DNA of 64,000 nucleotides from Candidatus Altimarinota bacterium (GTDB taxonomy: Bacteria > Patescibacteriota > Gracilibacteria > UBA1369 > JBGAUX01): positions 1,805 to 65,804 of the forward strand of contig JBGAUX010000002.1 in assembly GCA_044228405.1 (NCBI GenBank). Direction: 5' to 3'. The translations under genes were made by a program, and so were the position numbers. Below the pieces are notes generated by a model. That model did no database searches. It was given only the letters and a program-made list of their open reading frames with translations, and was not told the origin of the DNA. Of this stretch, positions 37,198 through 47,996 are shown in pieces (the first letter of the stretch is position 1; every line of letters starts with the position of its first letter).

Positions 37198-37598
37198 GAG
37201 AAAACTTAAAATAAGCTTTTGTTTTCTTTGTGTTTTTGTAACATTCTTGCCATAGACTTAGGAAATATTTTGAGTCCCTCCCGAAGACCTTCCGTTTAGT
37301 GCTTCATCTACCCACCTTAAAGGCAGGGATAAAACCGGAACACTTTGCGAACAAAGTTTCTAAAGCGGTTAATTTGAGTTAACCAGCATCTAAGCAAAAA
37401 CAGGAAGAAGGTAAAGTGCAAAATTTTCCTTTTAGGTCCGACAGGACTTTTGTTGTGTCGTAATGACTATTTTGATCTCCAGGAACAAAGAAGGATAATT
37501 AATTCTTTTTGTAGGTTACCTTCCCTACTGCTTTTGTTTAAAACTTAATGTAAATGAACGAGAACCTTTTGTTTTTTGTTTTTCCTTTTTCTGAAATT
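37168..37598 (-). ncRNA. Candidate ~430-nt non-coding RNA of unknown class (orphan promoter-to-terminator unit)
   Basis: No ORF of 60 aa or more on either strand. Bounded by a TTGACA-N16-TATAGT promoter and a U8 terminator on the minus strand. Hairpins include ACUUUG-UUCG-CAAAGU, GGUUAA/UUAACC and GUAGG/CCUAC. The octamer AACAAAAG occurs four times. Confidence 0.45.
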
Positions 37599-37604
37599 CA
37601 TATC

Positions 37605-37632
37605 ACTATACCTCGGCAAAATTATTTGTCAA
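37605..37632 (-). promoter_or_regulatory. Near-consensus promoter TTGACA-N16-TATAGT on the minus strand
   Basis: Reverse complement: TTGACA at 37632-37627, 16-nt spacer, TATAGT at 37610-37605; it fires into the 430-nt ORF-less region. Confidence 0.55.
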
Positions 37633-37706
37633 AAAATAGCCCTTGCCTTATGGGTATATGTTTTTTAATTTAAAAGCGCTGTTTGAATGTATCTTGAAAA
37701 TTCCCC

Positions 37707-38099
37707 TTACTTCTGCGCCAAAGCTTCCTTTTGAGCCTTCATCCATGCAGTGAAGTTTTCCTTTACCAATTTCAAAGCAGCATCAGCTTCATTTGGATTT
37801 GCTGGTTGATCATATCCAAATTCTTTTCGACAACTGTCCGACCCCCAATATGATCCAAATCTGCCTTCCACACCAACAACACCACCACCACCAATTAACG
37901 TAGCACCATTGGGAACCATATCCTTGTGATACACGCTGTCATAGCCAAAAACCAAATGCCTTACTTCACCAATAATTGCTAAAACAAATTTTACAGTTAC
38001 TTGATTCAACTTGAAAAGCTTATTAACAGGGCCACCCACAAATGAAACTTCTACTGGGGCAACATCTTCTGTGGTTTTATCGCCTACTGAATCAGACAT
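37707..38099 (-). CDS. Hypothetical protein, 130 aa, no recognisable family
   Basis: ORF 31 nt downstream of the 169-aa gene; shares the V(K/E)FVLxxIGE segment and an amphipathic C-terminal helix pattern with its upstream neighbour. Confidence 0.7.
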   Translation of the reverse strand: MSDSVGDKTTEDVAPVEVSFVGGPVNKLFKLNQVTVKFVLAIIGEVRHLVFGYDSVYHKDMVPNGATLIGGGGVVGVEGRFGSYWGSDSCRKEFGYDQPANPNEADAALKLVKENFTAWMKAQKEALAQK

Positions 38100-38130
38100 T
38101 TCCTTTAATTATTAAATGTTAAAAAACCCT

Positions 38131-38640
38131 TTAATTTACATTTGGTACTCCTACTACTTCCTCACCAGCAGTCTGTTGTTCTACTTCCCATCCTGATATT
38201 GCCGCTTTAATTGCTACTGTAATTTCTTCCAAAATCATTTCAGGAGTTTTGCCCCCTTCTTGCAAATTTTCAAGATACTGACGCGTACTGCTATCTTTTT
38301 TATCAAATTTCACAGGGTGCATCTTGCCATCAACAAATAACATATCTCCGATGGCAAGAAGCTTCTCTCCATCAAGTAACCAATTCCTGCGATTCGTATT
38401 GGCCAATATCTCTACTCCTACAACAATTCTTAGGCTTTCCCCAGTTTCGCCTATTTCACATAACACAAACTCTACAGATCCTATATCAGCTTTTGTTTGC
38501 CCCAAAACAGTGTCAACAGTATGTCTAACACGAGCACAACTTGGGTTATAGGGATTATCGATCCATTCAACCCCCCTTGTTGTAACAATAGATTCTCCCT
38601 CACCAGGCATTTCGATAAATGGTCTAACATCAACACTCAT
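38131..38640 (-). CDS. Hypothetical protein, 169 aa, no recognisable family; weak paralog of the downstream 130-aa protein
   Basis: I chose the ATG at 38640 (MSVDVRPFIEMPGEGES...); the track start at 38736 adds a Cys-rich, non-protein-like leader. Confidence 0.7.
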   Translation of the reverse strand: MSVDVRPFIEMPGEGESIVTTRGVEWIDNPYNPSCARVRHTVDTVLGQTKADIGSVEFVLCEIGETGESLRIVVGVEILANTNRRNWLLDGEKLLAIGDMLFVDGKMHPVKFDKKDSSTRQYLENLQEGGKTPEMILEEITVAIKAAISGWEVEQQTAGEEVVGVPNVN

Positions 38641-38821
38641 TTTCAAATATTTAAAATTATAAGGGAGCAAGCTATCACAGGGCAGCACAAAATTGCAACA
38701 ACTTAATGAAGCCACTTCAATCAAGCTCCAATGCAACCATTGCCTGTTGTTTTACAATTAAACAACAAATAAGCTTGAAGAAAGCTTTTACTTTTAAGGG
38801 TAGATGGCATATTTTTGATGC

Positions 38822-41524
38822 ATGTATATAACATTAGATTTAGAAACAACGGGTTTCGACCCAAAAGAAGCCAACATTATTGAAGTTGGTGCGGCACTTT
38901 TTGACGAAACCGGAATAGTGAAAAAGTTTTCCAAGTTGATAAATCCGCTTCATCCAATTCCAGATCTGATTACTCACATCACAAATATATGTGATGAAGA
39001 TGTAAAAGATGCTCCCACATTTGATCAAATAGCGGATGAATTGCAGGAATTTTTAGGCAACTATCCAATTATTGGCCACAATATTTCCTTTGACACTGGG
39101 TTTTTAAAGGCAAAAGGCTTAAAACTTAGCAATCCCGAATACGACACTTTTGCACTTTCAACTTTAGTTTTACCGCTACAGGAATCCTATAGTTTAGAAA
39201 CTTTAACTGTTACATTTGGCATTGAACACAAAGCCAAACATCGCGCCTATGATGATGCCATTGCAGCTATGGATTTGTTTAATATATTAGTAGACAAAAT
39301 TTCTGAGCTTAAACCGCACACATTAGAGAAAATTCAGAAAAAATTAGCGATTGGCAAACACAACCTAAGTGGGCTTTTTAACGAAATTAAAAGCAAACCT
39401 CAAACTAATCCTCCAATTCCAAGTTTTGTTGAACCAGCCAAAAAAGAGCTTGCCGAAGTTAAAATTTCGCCGGATGATTTTTTGAAAATTTATTCTGCAA
39501 CTGAATTATTTGCCCAAATATTTCCCGATTACCAAAAGCGCGAAGCTCAAGAATTAATGACCCAATGCATTATTCAAGCTTTTCAAACACCTCACCATTA
39601 CATATTGGAGGCCGGCACAGGAACAGGCAAAACTATGGCTTATTTATTAGCTGCAGCCTATCAATCCATTACCACTGGTGAACAAGTTGTAATAGCAACC
39701 AATACAAAAACTTTGCAGGAACAAATTATGCAAAAAGACCTTCCACAAGCCCAAAAAATACTGCAACTATTTTTAGAACCTCAACTTAAAGGCAAAGAAT
39801 TAAATCTCAAAGCCCAATCTTTAAAAGGTCGTACAAACTATGTGTCGCTACGCAGATTTGAAATATTTTGTGACAGAAAAGACTTGAGTGCCACCGAAGC
39901 GCTTTTCGCAGCCAAAATTTTGATTTGGTTAGACAAAACCCCAACTGGCGATCGTGAAGAAATTAGCTTATACGGCGAAGAATACTTCTTTTTTCAGGAA
40001 ATTTGTTGTCAGGAAAAAGCTTGTTTGCACGACGATCCCAAATATCGCCAAGGTTGTTACCTATTAAAAAGCCGAGAAATCGCTGAGACATCAGATATTT
40101 TAATTGTTAATCACAGCTTGCTGGTACAAGATATGAAGTTGGATTATGCTCTTTTGCCAAGTTATCAAAACCTTATTATTGATGAGGCACATCATCTTGA
40201 AGAGAGCGTAACAAGCGCTTACAGTAACTATTTTAGCTGCGAATATACGCTCAAACTTATTGAAGAATTTAAAGGCGCAGTTCAAAATGCGGGAAAAGAT
40301 TTAGCAGGTTCACTCTTTTTAAATGAAGATGAAATTAAGCTTATTCAAGACACAATCGAGCAAATTAACACTTTGCCCGACAAAATTCAGATATTTTTTA
40401 GTTTAGTTGGCATTTTTTATCAAAATCTACTCCCACAAGGCGAACAACAAATTATTTTAAACCAATACTTTGCGAATACACCTGAATGGCAAAAGATTTT
40501 AGCCAGCGCGCAAAACATTAATGAAAGCTTACAAGAGTCATTGGATGTGATAAATAAAACGATTCTTCAAGAAGAAAAACCTGAATTTTCTAAAGAAAAC
40601 TTTCAAATTCAAAAACTTATCACAACTTTTAACATCACCAGTGAGTGGCAAAAGAAGTTTGCCAACACATTTAAACCGCTTCCCGAAGATCAAGAAAAAC
40701 AGGATGAAGTTACTTGGGTGTCACAAAATCACTTAATGGAATTGAGAGTACAATCTGCAATTATCAATGTTGGCAATTTATTGGAAGAAAAACTGTATAG
40801 TCAAAAACAAAGTGTAACGCTTTTATCGGCTACACTAACAGTAAATCACTCATTTGAATTTTTACGCCAACGGCTAAATTTAGGCGAAAATTTTGAAGAA
40901 ATGGTTATTCCATCTCATTTTGACTACCCAGAACAAGTTGCAATTGTGCTACCAGAAAACATTCCTGCGCCTAATCACCCCGACTATACACAGGCTTGTG
41001 CAAATATTATCTATGATGCAATTAAGCAATTTGATGGACGCACCTTGGTTTTATTCACCTCACAAAGAGCAATTGAAAGCACCTATACATTAATAGCACC
41101 CAAGCTTAAAGCAGAAGGCTTTGAAATTTACGCACAAAACATTACCGGCAGTAAAGGTAAGATATTGCAAAAATTTAGAGGCAAAGGCGAAAAAAAGGCG
41201 ATTTTTGGAACAAACACTTTTTGGGAAGGTGTAGACATTAAAGGCGATGATATTAAATGTGTGATTATTCAAAAACTCCCTTTCGACCCTCCATTTGATC
41301 CTATTCATCTGGCAAGAGGTAGCATGTATATGAATTCGTTTGGCGAATATGCACTTCCCCGAGCAATTATTAGGTTTAAACAAGGCTTTGGCCGCTTAAT
41401 TAGAAGTGAAGAAGACACCGGAAGTATTGTAGTTTTGGATAATCGAATTACACAAAAAGACTACGGCAAGGCGTTTTTAGAGTCTCTGCCTGAAGGAATC
41501 ACGGTAAAACAATCCCTAAATTAA
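38822..41524 (+). CDS. dinG: DEDDh 3'-5' exonuclease fused to a DinG-family (XPD-like) ATP-dependent DNA helicase
   Basis: 900 aa; exonuclease motifs DLETTG, HNISFD, HRAYDDA; helicase motif I EAGTGTGKT, motif II DEAHHLE; four-Cys cluster CCQEKACLHDDPKYRQGC. Confidence 0.9.
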   Translation: MYITLDLETTGFDPKEANIIEVGAALFDETGIVKKFSKLINPLHPIPDLITHITNICDEDVKDAPTFDQIADELQEFLGNYPIIGHNISFDTGFLKAKGLKLSNPEYDTFALSTLVLPLQESYSLETLTVTFGIEHKAKHRAYDDAIAAMDLFNILVDKISELKPHTLEKIQKKLAIGKHNLSGLFNEIKSKPQTNPPIPSFVEPAKKELAEVKISPDDFLKIYSATELFAQIFPDYQKREAQELMTQCIIQAFQTPHHYILEAGTGTGKTMAYLLAAAYQSITTGEQVVIATNTKTLQEQIMQKDLPQAQKILQLFLEPQLKGKELNLKAQSLKGRTNYVSLRRFEIFCDRKDLSATEALFAAKILIWLDKTPTGDREEISLYGEEYFFFQEICCQEKACLHDDPKYRQGCYLLKSREIAETSDILIVNHSLLVQDMKLDYALLPSYQNLIIDEAHHLEESVTSAYSNYFSCEYTLKLIEEFKGAVQNAGKDLAGSLFLNEDEIKLIQDTIEQINTLPDKIQIFFSLVGIFYQNLLPQGEQQIILNQYFANTPEWQKILASAQNINESLQESLDVINKTILQEEKPEFSKENFQIQKLITTFNITSEWQKKFANTFKPLPEDQEKQDEVTWVSQNHLMELRVQSAIINVGNLLEEKLYSQKQSVTLLSATLTVNHSFEFLRQRLNLGENFEEMVIPSHFDYPEQVAIVLPENIPAPNHPDYTQACANIIYDAIKQFDGRTLVLFTSQRAIESTYTLIAPKLKAEGFEIYAQNITGSKGKILQKFRGKGEKKAIFGTNTFWEGVDIKGDDIKCVIIQKLPFDPPFDPIHLARGSMYMNSFGEYALPRAIIRFKQGFGRLIRSEEDTGSIVVLDNRITQKDYGKAFLESLPEGITVKQSLN

Positions 41525-41541
41525 ATCTCACTTTTTCACCA

Positions 41542-41570
41542 TTGACTTTTTTCTAGGCTATCTCTAAACT
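41542..41570 (+). promoter_or_regulatory. Promoter candidate for the atp operon (TTGACT-N17-TAAACT)
   Basis: TTGACT 41542-41547, 17-nt spacer, TAAACT 41565-41570. Confidence 0.45.
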
Positions 41571-41607
41571 TTTCCAGTTTACAAGAAATCAGAGAAAAAA
41601 ATTACAA

Positions 41608-41859
41608 ATGACACAAGCTGAAGAAAAAGAAGGGACAAACAAAATAGACCTTTTTGCTAAGAGTCGCTTAGCAGTTTTTACTCAAGCTACTTCATACACA
41701 ATCGGAATATTGCTAGTTTTTGGTTTTGTTTCATACTATATTGATAAAAAACTAGGCACATTTCCAGTGATTTTTATCATCGGACTAGCCATCGCTTACC
41801 CGCTCACTCAATTCCTGTTATTTAAGAAGGTTAAACAATTCGCTAAAAAGCTGAAGTAA
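41608..41859 (+). CDS. AtpZ/AtpI-like small membrane protein (ATP synthase gene 1 family)
   Basis: 83 aa with two TM helices; ...YYIDKKLGTFPVIFIIGLAIA...; first gene of the atp operon. Confidence 0.7.
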   Translation: MTQAEEKEGTNKIDLFAKSRLAVFTQATSYTIGILLVFGFVSYYIDKKLGTFPVIFIIGLAIAYPLTQFLLFKKVKQFAKKLK

Positions 41860-41862
41860 ATT

Positions 41863-42648
41863 ATGTCAAATATACCACAAGTAAAATTATCGCCGGACGT
41901 AATTGGTCAACTAGGACCGATTACTATCTACAACACCACAGTTACAGCAATAACTATATCTGTAATATTAATAATTTTTGCCTTGTTAGTTAGGAGAAAA
42001 GCGGGCATCAGGCCTACTAGATTACAAACTGGCTTCGAATTCATAATGGAAACTATTCTCGATAAAATGATTTTAGCCTTTGGTACAGAAGCTCGAGCCA
42101 GAAAGTTTTTTCCCCTTTTATTTACAATTTTTTTATTTTTGATTGTAGCTAATCAATTTATGCTACTGCCACTTGTGGGAACAATTGTAACAAAAGATGG
42201 AGTGAATTTGTTTAACACACCAACATCTCATTACAGTTTACCCATCGCTTTGGGCTTGCTAGTTTTATTTATTTCTCACTCTATAGCTTTTTTTACATCT
42301 CCACTAAGACATATTGGGAATTACATTAAAATAGCTCCTTTTTTCAAAATCAAGTCATTAAAAGAGCTACCTATGCTTCTTATGGATTTTTTCTTAGGAA
42401 TACTTGATATAATTGGCGAATTAGCAAAATTAGTTTCTGTTTCAACTCGTCTATTTGGAAATATGTTTGCAGGAGGAGTTGTAATAGCAATTATCTCTGG
42501 TTTACTAGCTTACACTCAATTCATACTACCTATACCTTTTATAGTTTTAGGGATATTGAGTGGGTTTGTACAGGCATTTGTGTTTACACTGCTCGGCATT
42601 CTATTTATAAGTTCGACGCTTAACGCTGTACAATCAAACAATCAATAA
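41863..42648 (+). CDS. atpB: F0F1 ATP synthase subunit a
   Basis: 261 aa; ...LVSVSTRLFGNMFAGG... with the conserved Arg of subunit a. Confidence 0.94.
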   Translation: MSNIPQVKLSPDVIGQLGPITIYNTTVTAITISVILIIFALLVRRKAGIRPTRLQTGFEFIMETILDKMILAFGTEARARKFFPLLFTIFLFLIVANQFMLLPLVGTIVTKDGVNLFNTPTSHYSLPIALGLLVLFISHSIAFFTSPLRHIGNYIKIAPFFKIKSLKELPMLLMDFFLGILDIIGELAKLVSVSTRLFGNMFAGGVVIAIISGLLAYTQFILPIPFIVLGILSGFVQAFVFTLLGILFISSTLNAVQSNNQ

Positions 42649-42683
42649 TTTATTAATAATTTAATTTTTTTAACAAAATTTTT

Positions 42684-42911
42684 ATGGAAACAGAAACTTT
42701 TAAATATTTAGCGGCCGGTCTTTGTATGGGTATTGGTGCCGTGGGATCAGCTTTAGGTGAGGGTTACATTGGTGGTAAAGCCATTGAAGCTATGGGTAGA
42801 AACCCCAAAATAGCTGACAAACTCTTTACAAATATGATTGTGGCGATTGCTTTGGCTGAATCTACTGCGATTTATTCATTAGTAATTGCATTGATTATCT
42901 TGTTTGTATAA
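42684..42911 (+). CDS. atpE: F0F1 ATP synthase subunit c
   Basis: 75 aa hairpin; ...GRNPKIADKLFTNMIVAIALAESTAIYSLVIALI... Confidence 0.95.
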   Translation: METETFKYLAAGLCMGIGAVGSALGEGYIGGKAIEAMGRNPKIADKLFTNMIVAIALAESTAIYSLVIALIILFV

Positions 42912-42930
42912 CAATTAAGACTCAAAATTT

Positions 42931-43431
42931 ATGGAAAAGTTATTAAATTTAGGCATAGATCCTTGGAGTATACTCGTTTATCTGCTCAATACTGGCGTGG
43001 TTTTAACTGTACTTACTTACCTTTTGTACAAACCTATGCTGAAATTTATTGATCAGCGAAGACAACAAATACTCAACAATATTGATCAAGCTCAAAATCT
43101 TCAAAAAACTTTTGAGGAAAAATTAAAGGAAAGTGAAAAACAAAGATTGAAAACCGAAGAAGAATTGAAAGCTGAAATTGATACATTAAAAAAATACACT
43201 GAGGAAAAAAGGGCTGAACTTATAGCCGAAATGGAAACAAGCAAGAATGAATTGATTCAAAAAGCTAATAAAGAAATTTCTCAAAAGAAAGCTGTACTTA
43301 TTAAAGAAGCTGAAAAAGAAATTTTAATTATTATGCAAAAAATTATTCTCGAAATAGTTGAAAACAAAATTCCTGAAAGTGTTATTCAAGAAAGTGTTCA
43401 ATCTTCTTGGAAACAATACGTAAAAAACTAA
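42931..43431 (+). CDS. atpF: F0F1 ATP synthase subunit b
   Basis: 166 aa; N-terminal TM helix followed by a long charged coiled coil; operon position. Confidence 0.9.
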   Translation: MEKLLNLGIDPWSILVYLLNTGVVLTVLTYLLYKPMLKFIDQRRQQILNNIDQAQNLQKTFEEKLKESEKQRLKTEEELKAEIDTLKKYTEEKRAELIAEMETSKNELIQKANKEISQKKAVLIKEAEKEILIIMQKIILEIVENKIPESVIQESVQSSWKQYVKN

Positions 43432-43434
43432 ACT

Positions 43435-44112
43435 ATGTTTAACGACTTTTTAACAGCACTGATTCAAAAAATTATTAGTTTTTTAATAGCTAATAAAGGG
43501 TTTTTTGAACTAACTGAACCAGATCGTAAAACACAACTGGAACATTTAAAGATTCCTCATTCTTTTAAACCTTATTTTGAAAAAGTTAGCGGAACAGGTT
43601 TTATGAAAGACATAAAACTAATACTTCAATTTTTACATGATCCAAAAAGAACTAATATTAAGGACAATGCTTTTTTTAAAGCTCTAGCCACTTTTTTCAC
43701 TTACGAACTAGCGAAAAAAATCGATCATTTAGATGGCGACTTTTACTTATTAACTAAGTCGGAACAAGCCACTGTAGCCACCAAGCTAATCCCAACAGAC
43801 AGTTTATTGGCTCAAACACTAAGAAATTTGATACTTAGTTTTAGTTATCAACAATTAGTGCACGAAATATATTCTCTCTCTACTAGGGCTATGAAAACGC
43901 ACTTAGTAATGGTTCAAGCACCAAGAAGTATTAATGTAGAGCTTAAAAAAGAGATACGCGAAGAACTTGCTGAAAAATATTCACCAAGTTTACCAATTTT
44001 TCAAATTAACAAAAAACTTATTGGAGGCATACGCATATTCAAGGATGGTCAAAATGTAGATCACTCTTGGCTTTCACGAGTTTTAAAATTCACTTCATTA
44101 ACTACCGTTTAA
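43435..44112 (+). CDS. atpH: F0F1 ATP synthase subunit delta (long form, 225 aa)
   Basis: C-terminus ...INKKLIGGIRIFKDGQNVDHSWLSRV is typical of delta/OSCP; operon position. Confidence 0.85.
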   Translation: MFNDFLTALIQKIISFLIANKGFFELTEPDRKTQLEHLKIPHSFKPYFEKVSGTGFMKDIKLILQFLHDPKRTNIKDNAFFKALATFFTYELAKKIDHLDGDFYLLTKSEQATVATKLIPTDSLLAQTLRNLILSFSYQQLVHEIYSLSTRAMKTHLVMVQAPRSINVELKKEIREELAEKYSPSLPIFQINKKLIGGIRIFKDGQNVDHSWLSRVLKFTSLTTV

Positions 44113-44121
44113 TCATTCAAC

Positions 44122-45630
44122 ATGTCTAAGGAAACTTTGCAAAACTTTTTATCCAGCCTTCAAGAAGCGGTTGAAAAGACAGAAACAACTCAGTCTAGTA
44201 CAGAAGAAAATCAAGGTATTATCCAATCTTATAAAGATGGTGTAATTAAAATTCAAGGGCTTAGCGGTCTAAGAATGAATGAAATTGTAGTAATTGAAGG
44301 TGTTAATGCTCAAGCATTAGTGATGAACCTGGAACAAGATGCTATTTACGCTTTAGTATTACAATCAAGTCGAGAAATTAGAGAAGGTTTATTTGTAAAA
44401 GCCACTGGTAAATTTTTGTCTATCCCAGTAAGCAACGAAATCATTGGTAGAGTGGTAGATGCTTTAGGTGCACCACTAGACGGCAAAGGCGAATATAAAT
44501 CTGATAAATTAATGCCACACGAAGCTCAAGCGCCAAGTGTAATGCTTAGAAAATCTGTACACGAACCTATGCAAACAGGTATTGCAGCTATCGATGCGTT
44601 AATTCCAATTGGTCGTGGGCAAAGAGAACTTATTATTGGCGACAGACAAACTGGTAAAACAACTGTTGCAATTGACACTATCATCAATCAAAAAGGACAA
44701 GATGTGATTTGTATTTATGTTGCTATTGCACAAAGAGAAGCCAAAACGGCTCAAGTTGTAGAAAAATTAAAAGAAACAGGGGCTTTAGATTACACAATTG
44801 TTGTTTCTGCACCTGCTTCTAGTTCAGCGGTTTTGCAATACCTAGCACCATATGCAGCTTGTGCAATTGGTGAATATTTTATGAATTCAGGCAAACATGT
44901 TTTGGTTGTTTATGATGATTTATCTAAACACGCGGTTGCATATAGAGAAATGTCACTATTACTTCGTCGTCCACCAGGTCGTGAAGCTTATCCTGGAGAT
45001 GTTTTTTATCTTCATTCAAGATTATTGGAGCGAGCAGCAAAACTTAACGATGCCGAAGGAGCTGGTAGTATGACTGCACTTCCTATTATTGAAACTCAAG
45101 CAAACGATGTATCTGCTTATATTCCTACAAATGTAATTTCAATTACAGATGGGCAAATATTCCTTGAATCAGACTTGTTTAATAGAGGTATTAGACCAGC
45201 CATTAACGTAGGTATCTCAGTATCTCGTGTAGGTGGAGCAGCTCAAACTAAAATCATTAAAAAAGTTTCTGGTACAGCTAAACTAGATTTGGCTCAGTAC
45301 TACGAATTAGAAGCTTTTTCACAATTTGCATCTGAGTTAGATGAGGCTACAAAAGCAAAACTAACAAGAGGAAAGCGTGTAGTAGAGTCATTTAAACAAA
45401 AGCAAAACAATCCGTATGCACTTTGGCAAGAAGTATTTGTTATTTACTCAGCAACAAAAGGCTATCTAGATAAAATCCCTGAAAGCGAAGTAGCAGGAAA
45501 ATTGGAATCTCTACTTACTTTAGTGGATTCAACTCATCAAGATTTAGTGAAAGAAATCACAACAAAAAAAGAATTAACTGAAGAAATTGAAAATCAAATC
45601 AAAGAAATTTTAGACAAAGTTTTTAAATAG
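44122..45630 (+). CDS. atpA: F0F1 ATP synthase subunit alpha
   Basis: 502 aa; GDRQTGKT P-loop. Confidence 0.98.
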   Translation: MSKETLQNFLSSLQEAVEKTETTQSSTEENQGIIQSYKDGVIKIQGLSGLRMNEIVVIEGVNAQALVMNLEQDAIYALVLQSSREIREGLFVKATGKFLSIPVSNEIIGRVVDALGAPLDGKGEYKSDKLMPHEAQAPSVMLRKSVHEPMQTGIAAIDALIPIGRGQRELIIGDRQTGKTTVAIDTIINQKGQDVICIYVAIAQREAKTAQVVEKLKETGALDYTIVVSAPASSSAVLQYLAPYAACAIGEYFMNSGKHVLVVYDDLSKHAVAYREMSLLLRRPPGREAYPGDVFYLHSRLLERAAKLNDAEGAGSMTALPIIETQANDVSAYIPTNVISITDGQIFLESDLFNRGIRPAINVGISVSRVGGAAQTKIIKKVSGTAKLDLAQYYELEAFSQFASELDEATKAKLTRGKRVVESFKQKQNNPYALWQEVFVIYSATKGYLDKIPESEVAGKLESLLTLVDSTHQDLVKEITTKKELTEEIENQIKEILDKVFK

Positions 45631-45635
45631 TCACA

Positions 45636-46559
45636 ATGTCAGGATCTTTATTAGAAGTTAAAAAGAAAATTAACGGTATACAAAATACCCGCAAAATCAC
45701 CAAGGCAATGCAATTGGTGGCAGCGAGTAAAATGCGTCAATTTCAAAAAAGAGCTTTGTCGGCTAGATACTTTGTTTTTGATTTATTAAAGGTTTTAGAA
45801 AACAATCTAGATCCCAACCACGAAAGTGCATATACAGAAGAGCGAACAGGCGAAAAAACACTTTTTGTTTTATACACTTCCGACAAAGGGCTTTGTGGAG
45901 CTTTAAACAACAAACTTATAAATGCCTTATTCCGTTCTGAAAAATGGTTAAACACAACCGAAGAAAACAGAATGCTAATCACAATCGGTAAAAAAAGTAA
46001 TAATTATGCCAAAACACATCACATACCTGTTTATAAACATTTCACAGGTATACCCGAAAAACTCCATAATATTGATGTAATCGATGTAGTTGATGACATT
46101 TTTTCTGCTTGGCAAAACGACGAGCAAATTCAAGAAGTGGTTTTTATTGCCCCTCATTACAAAAATTCATTCACTTTCTACCCTGTAATGAAAACCTTTT
46201 TACCATTTTCAAAAGAGGCAATTCGTTCACAATTAAAGGTAGATGAAGATATTGACCCTAATGAAATAGAAGAAGACGATGCAGATAAAAATGGTTTTAT
46301 GATCTATTCACCATCACAAGAACAAGTACTAGAAAGATTATACGAACAAATTGTTCAATCTGTATTTATTCAATCTTTTTTAGAATTAAAAGCATCCGAG
46401 TACTCTAGTAGAATGATCGCCATGCAAAATGCAACAGACTCTGCCAATAGAATTATTGGAAGTCTTAAACTTATCTATAATAAAGCTCGTCAACAAGCCA
46501 TTACACAGCAAATCGCCGAACTTATCGGCGCTAGTATGGCTCTTGAAGATGCTGAATAA
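45636..46559 (+). CDS. atpG: F0F1 ATP synthase subunit gamma
   Basis: 307 aa; ...IQNTRKITKAMQLVAASKMR...; C-terminus ...ITQQIAELIGASMAL. Confidence 0.96.
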   Translation: MSGSLLEVKKKINGIQNTRKITKAMQLVAASKMRQFQKRALSARYFVFDLLKVLENNLDPNHESAYTEERTGEKTLFVLYTSDKGLCGALNNKLINALFRSEKWLNTTEENRMLITIGKKSNNYAKTHHIPVYKHFTGIPEKLHNIDVIDVVDDIFSAWQNDEQIQEVVFIAPHYKNSFTFYPVMKTFLPFSKEAIRSQLKVDEDIDPNEIEEDDADKNGFMIYSPSQEQVLERLYEQIVQSVFIQSFLELKASEYSSRMIAMQNATDSANRIIGSLKLIYNKARQQAITQQIAELIGASMALEDAE

Positions 46560-46571
46560 TTAAATATCTAA

Positions 46572-47993
<1,422 letters not shown>

Positions 47994-47996
47994 ATT

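Noticed and set aside
37433-37450. AGGUCCGACAGGAC on the plus strand resembles the SRP RNA domain IV core AGGUCCGGAAGGAAGC
   Set aside because: The tetraloop is not GNRA (it reads GACA), the conserved AGCA symmetric-loop partner is missing, and there is no promoter or terminator in the plus orientation.
37168-37598. Possible RNase P RNA on the minus strand (AAAGUCC at about 37447-37453 resembles CR-I; GUAGAUGAAGCACU at about 37299-37312 resembles the CR-IV UAGAUGAAUGACU)
   Set aside because: The distance between the two motifs is only about 145 nt. There is no GGUAAGGGUGAAA-type specificity-domain motif and no ACAGAA-CCGGCUUA P4 3' strand, and I could not build P1-P4. The resemblance is too weak to call, so it is left as an unknown ncRNA.
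37554-37673. 39-aa hydrophobic ORF on the plus strand (MNENLLFFVFPFSEIHITIPRQNYLSKNSPCLMGICFLI) inside the ORF-less gap
   Set aside because: It has no promoter or plausible initiation context, it runs through the minus-strand promoter, and its composition is what a T-rich non-coding strand would give by chance.
43435-44112. atpH (225 aa) as a fused or novel subunit because it is longer than typical delta subunits
   Set aside because: The C-terminal delta/OSCP motif and the operon position are normal. The extra N-terminal length alone is not enough to claim anything unusual.
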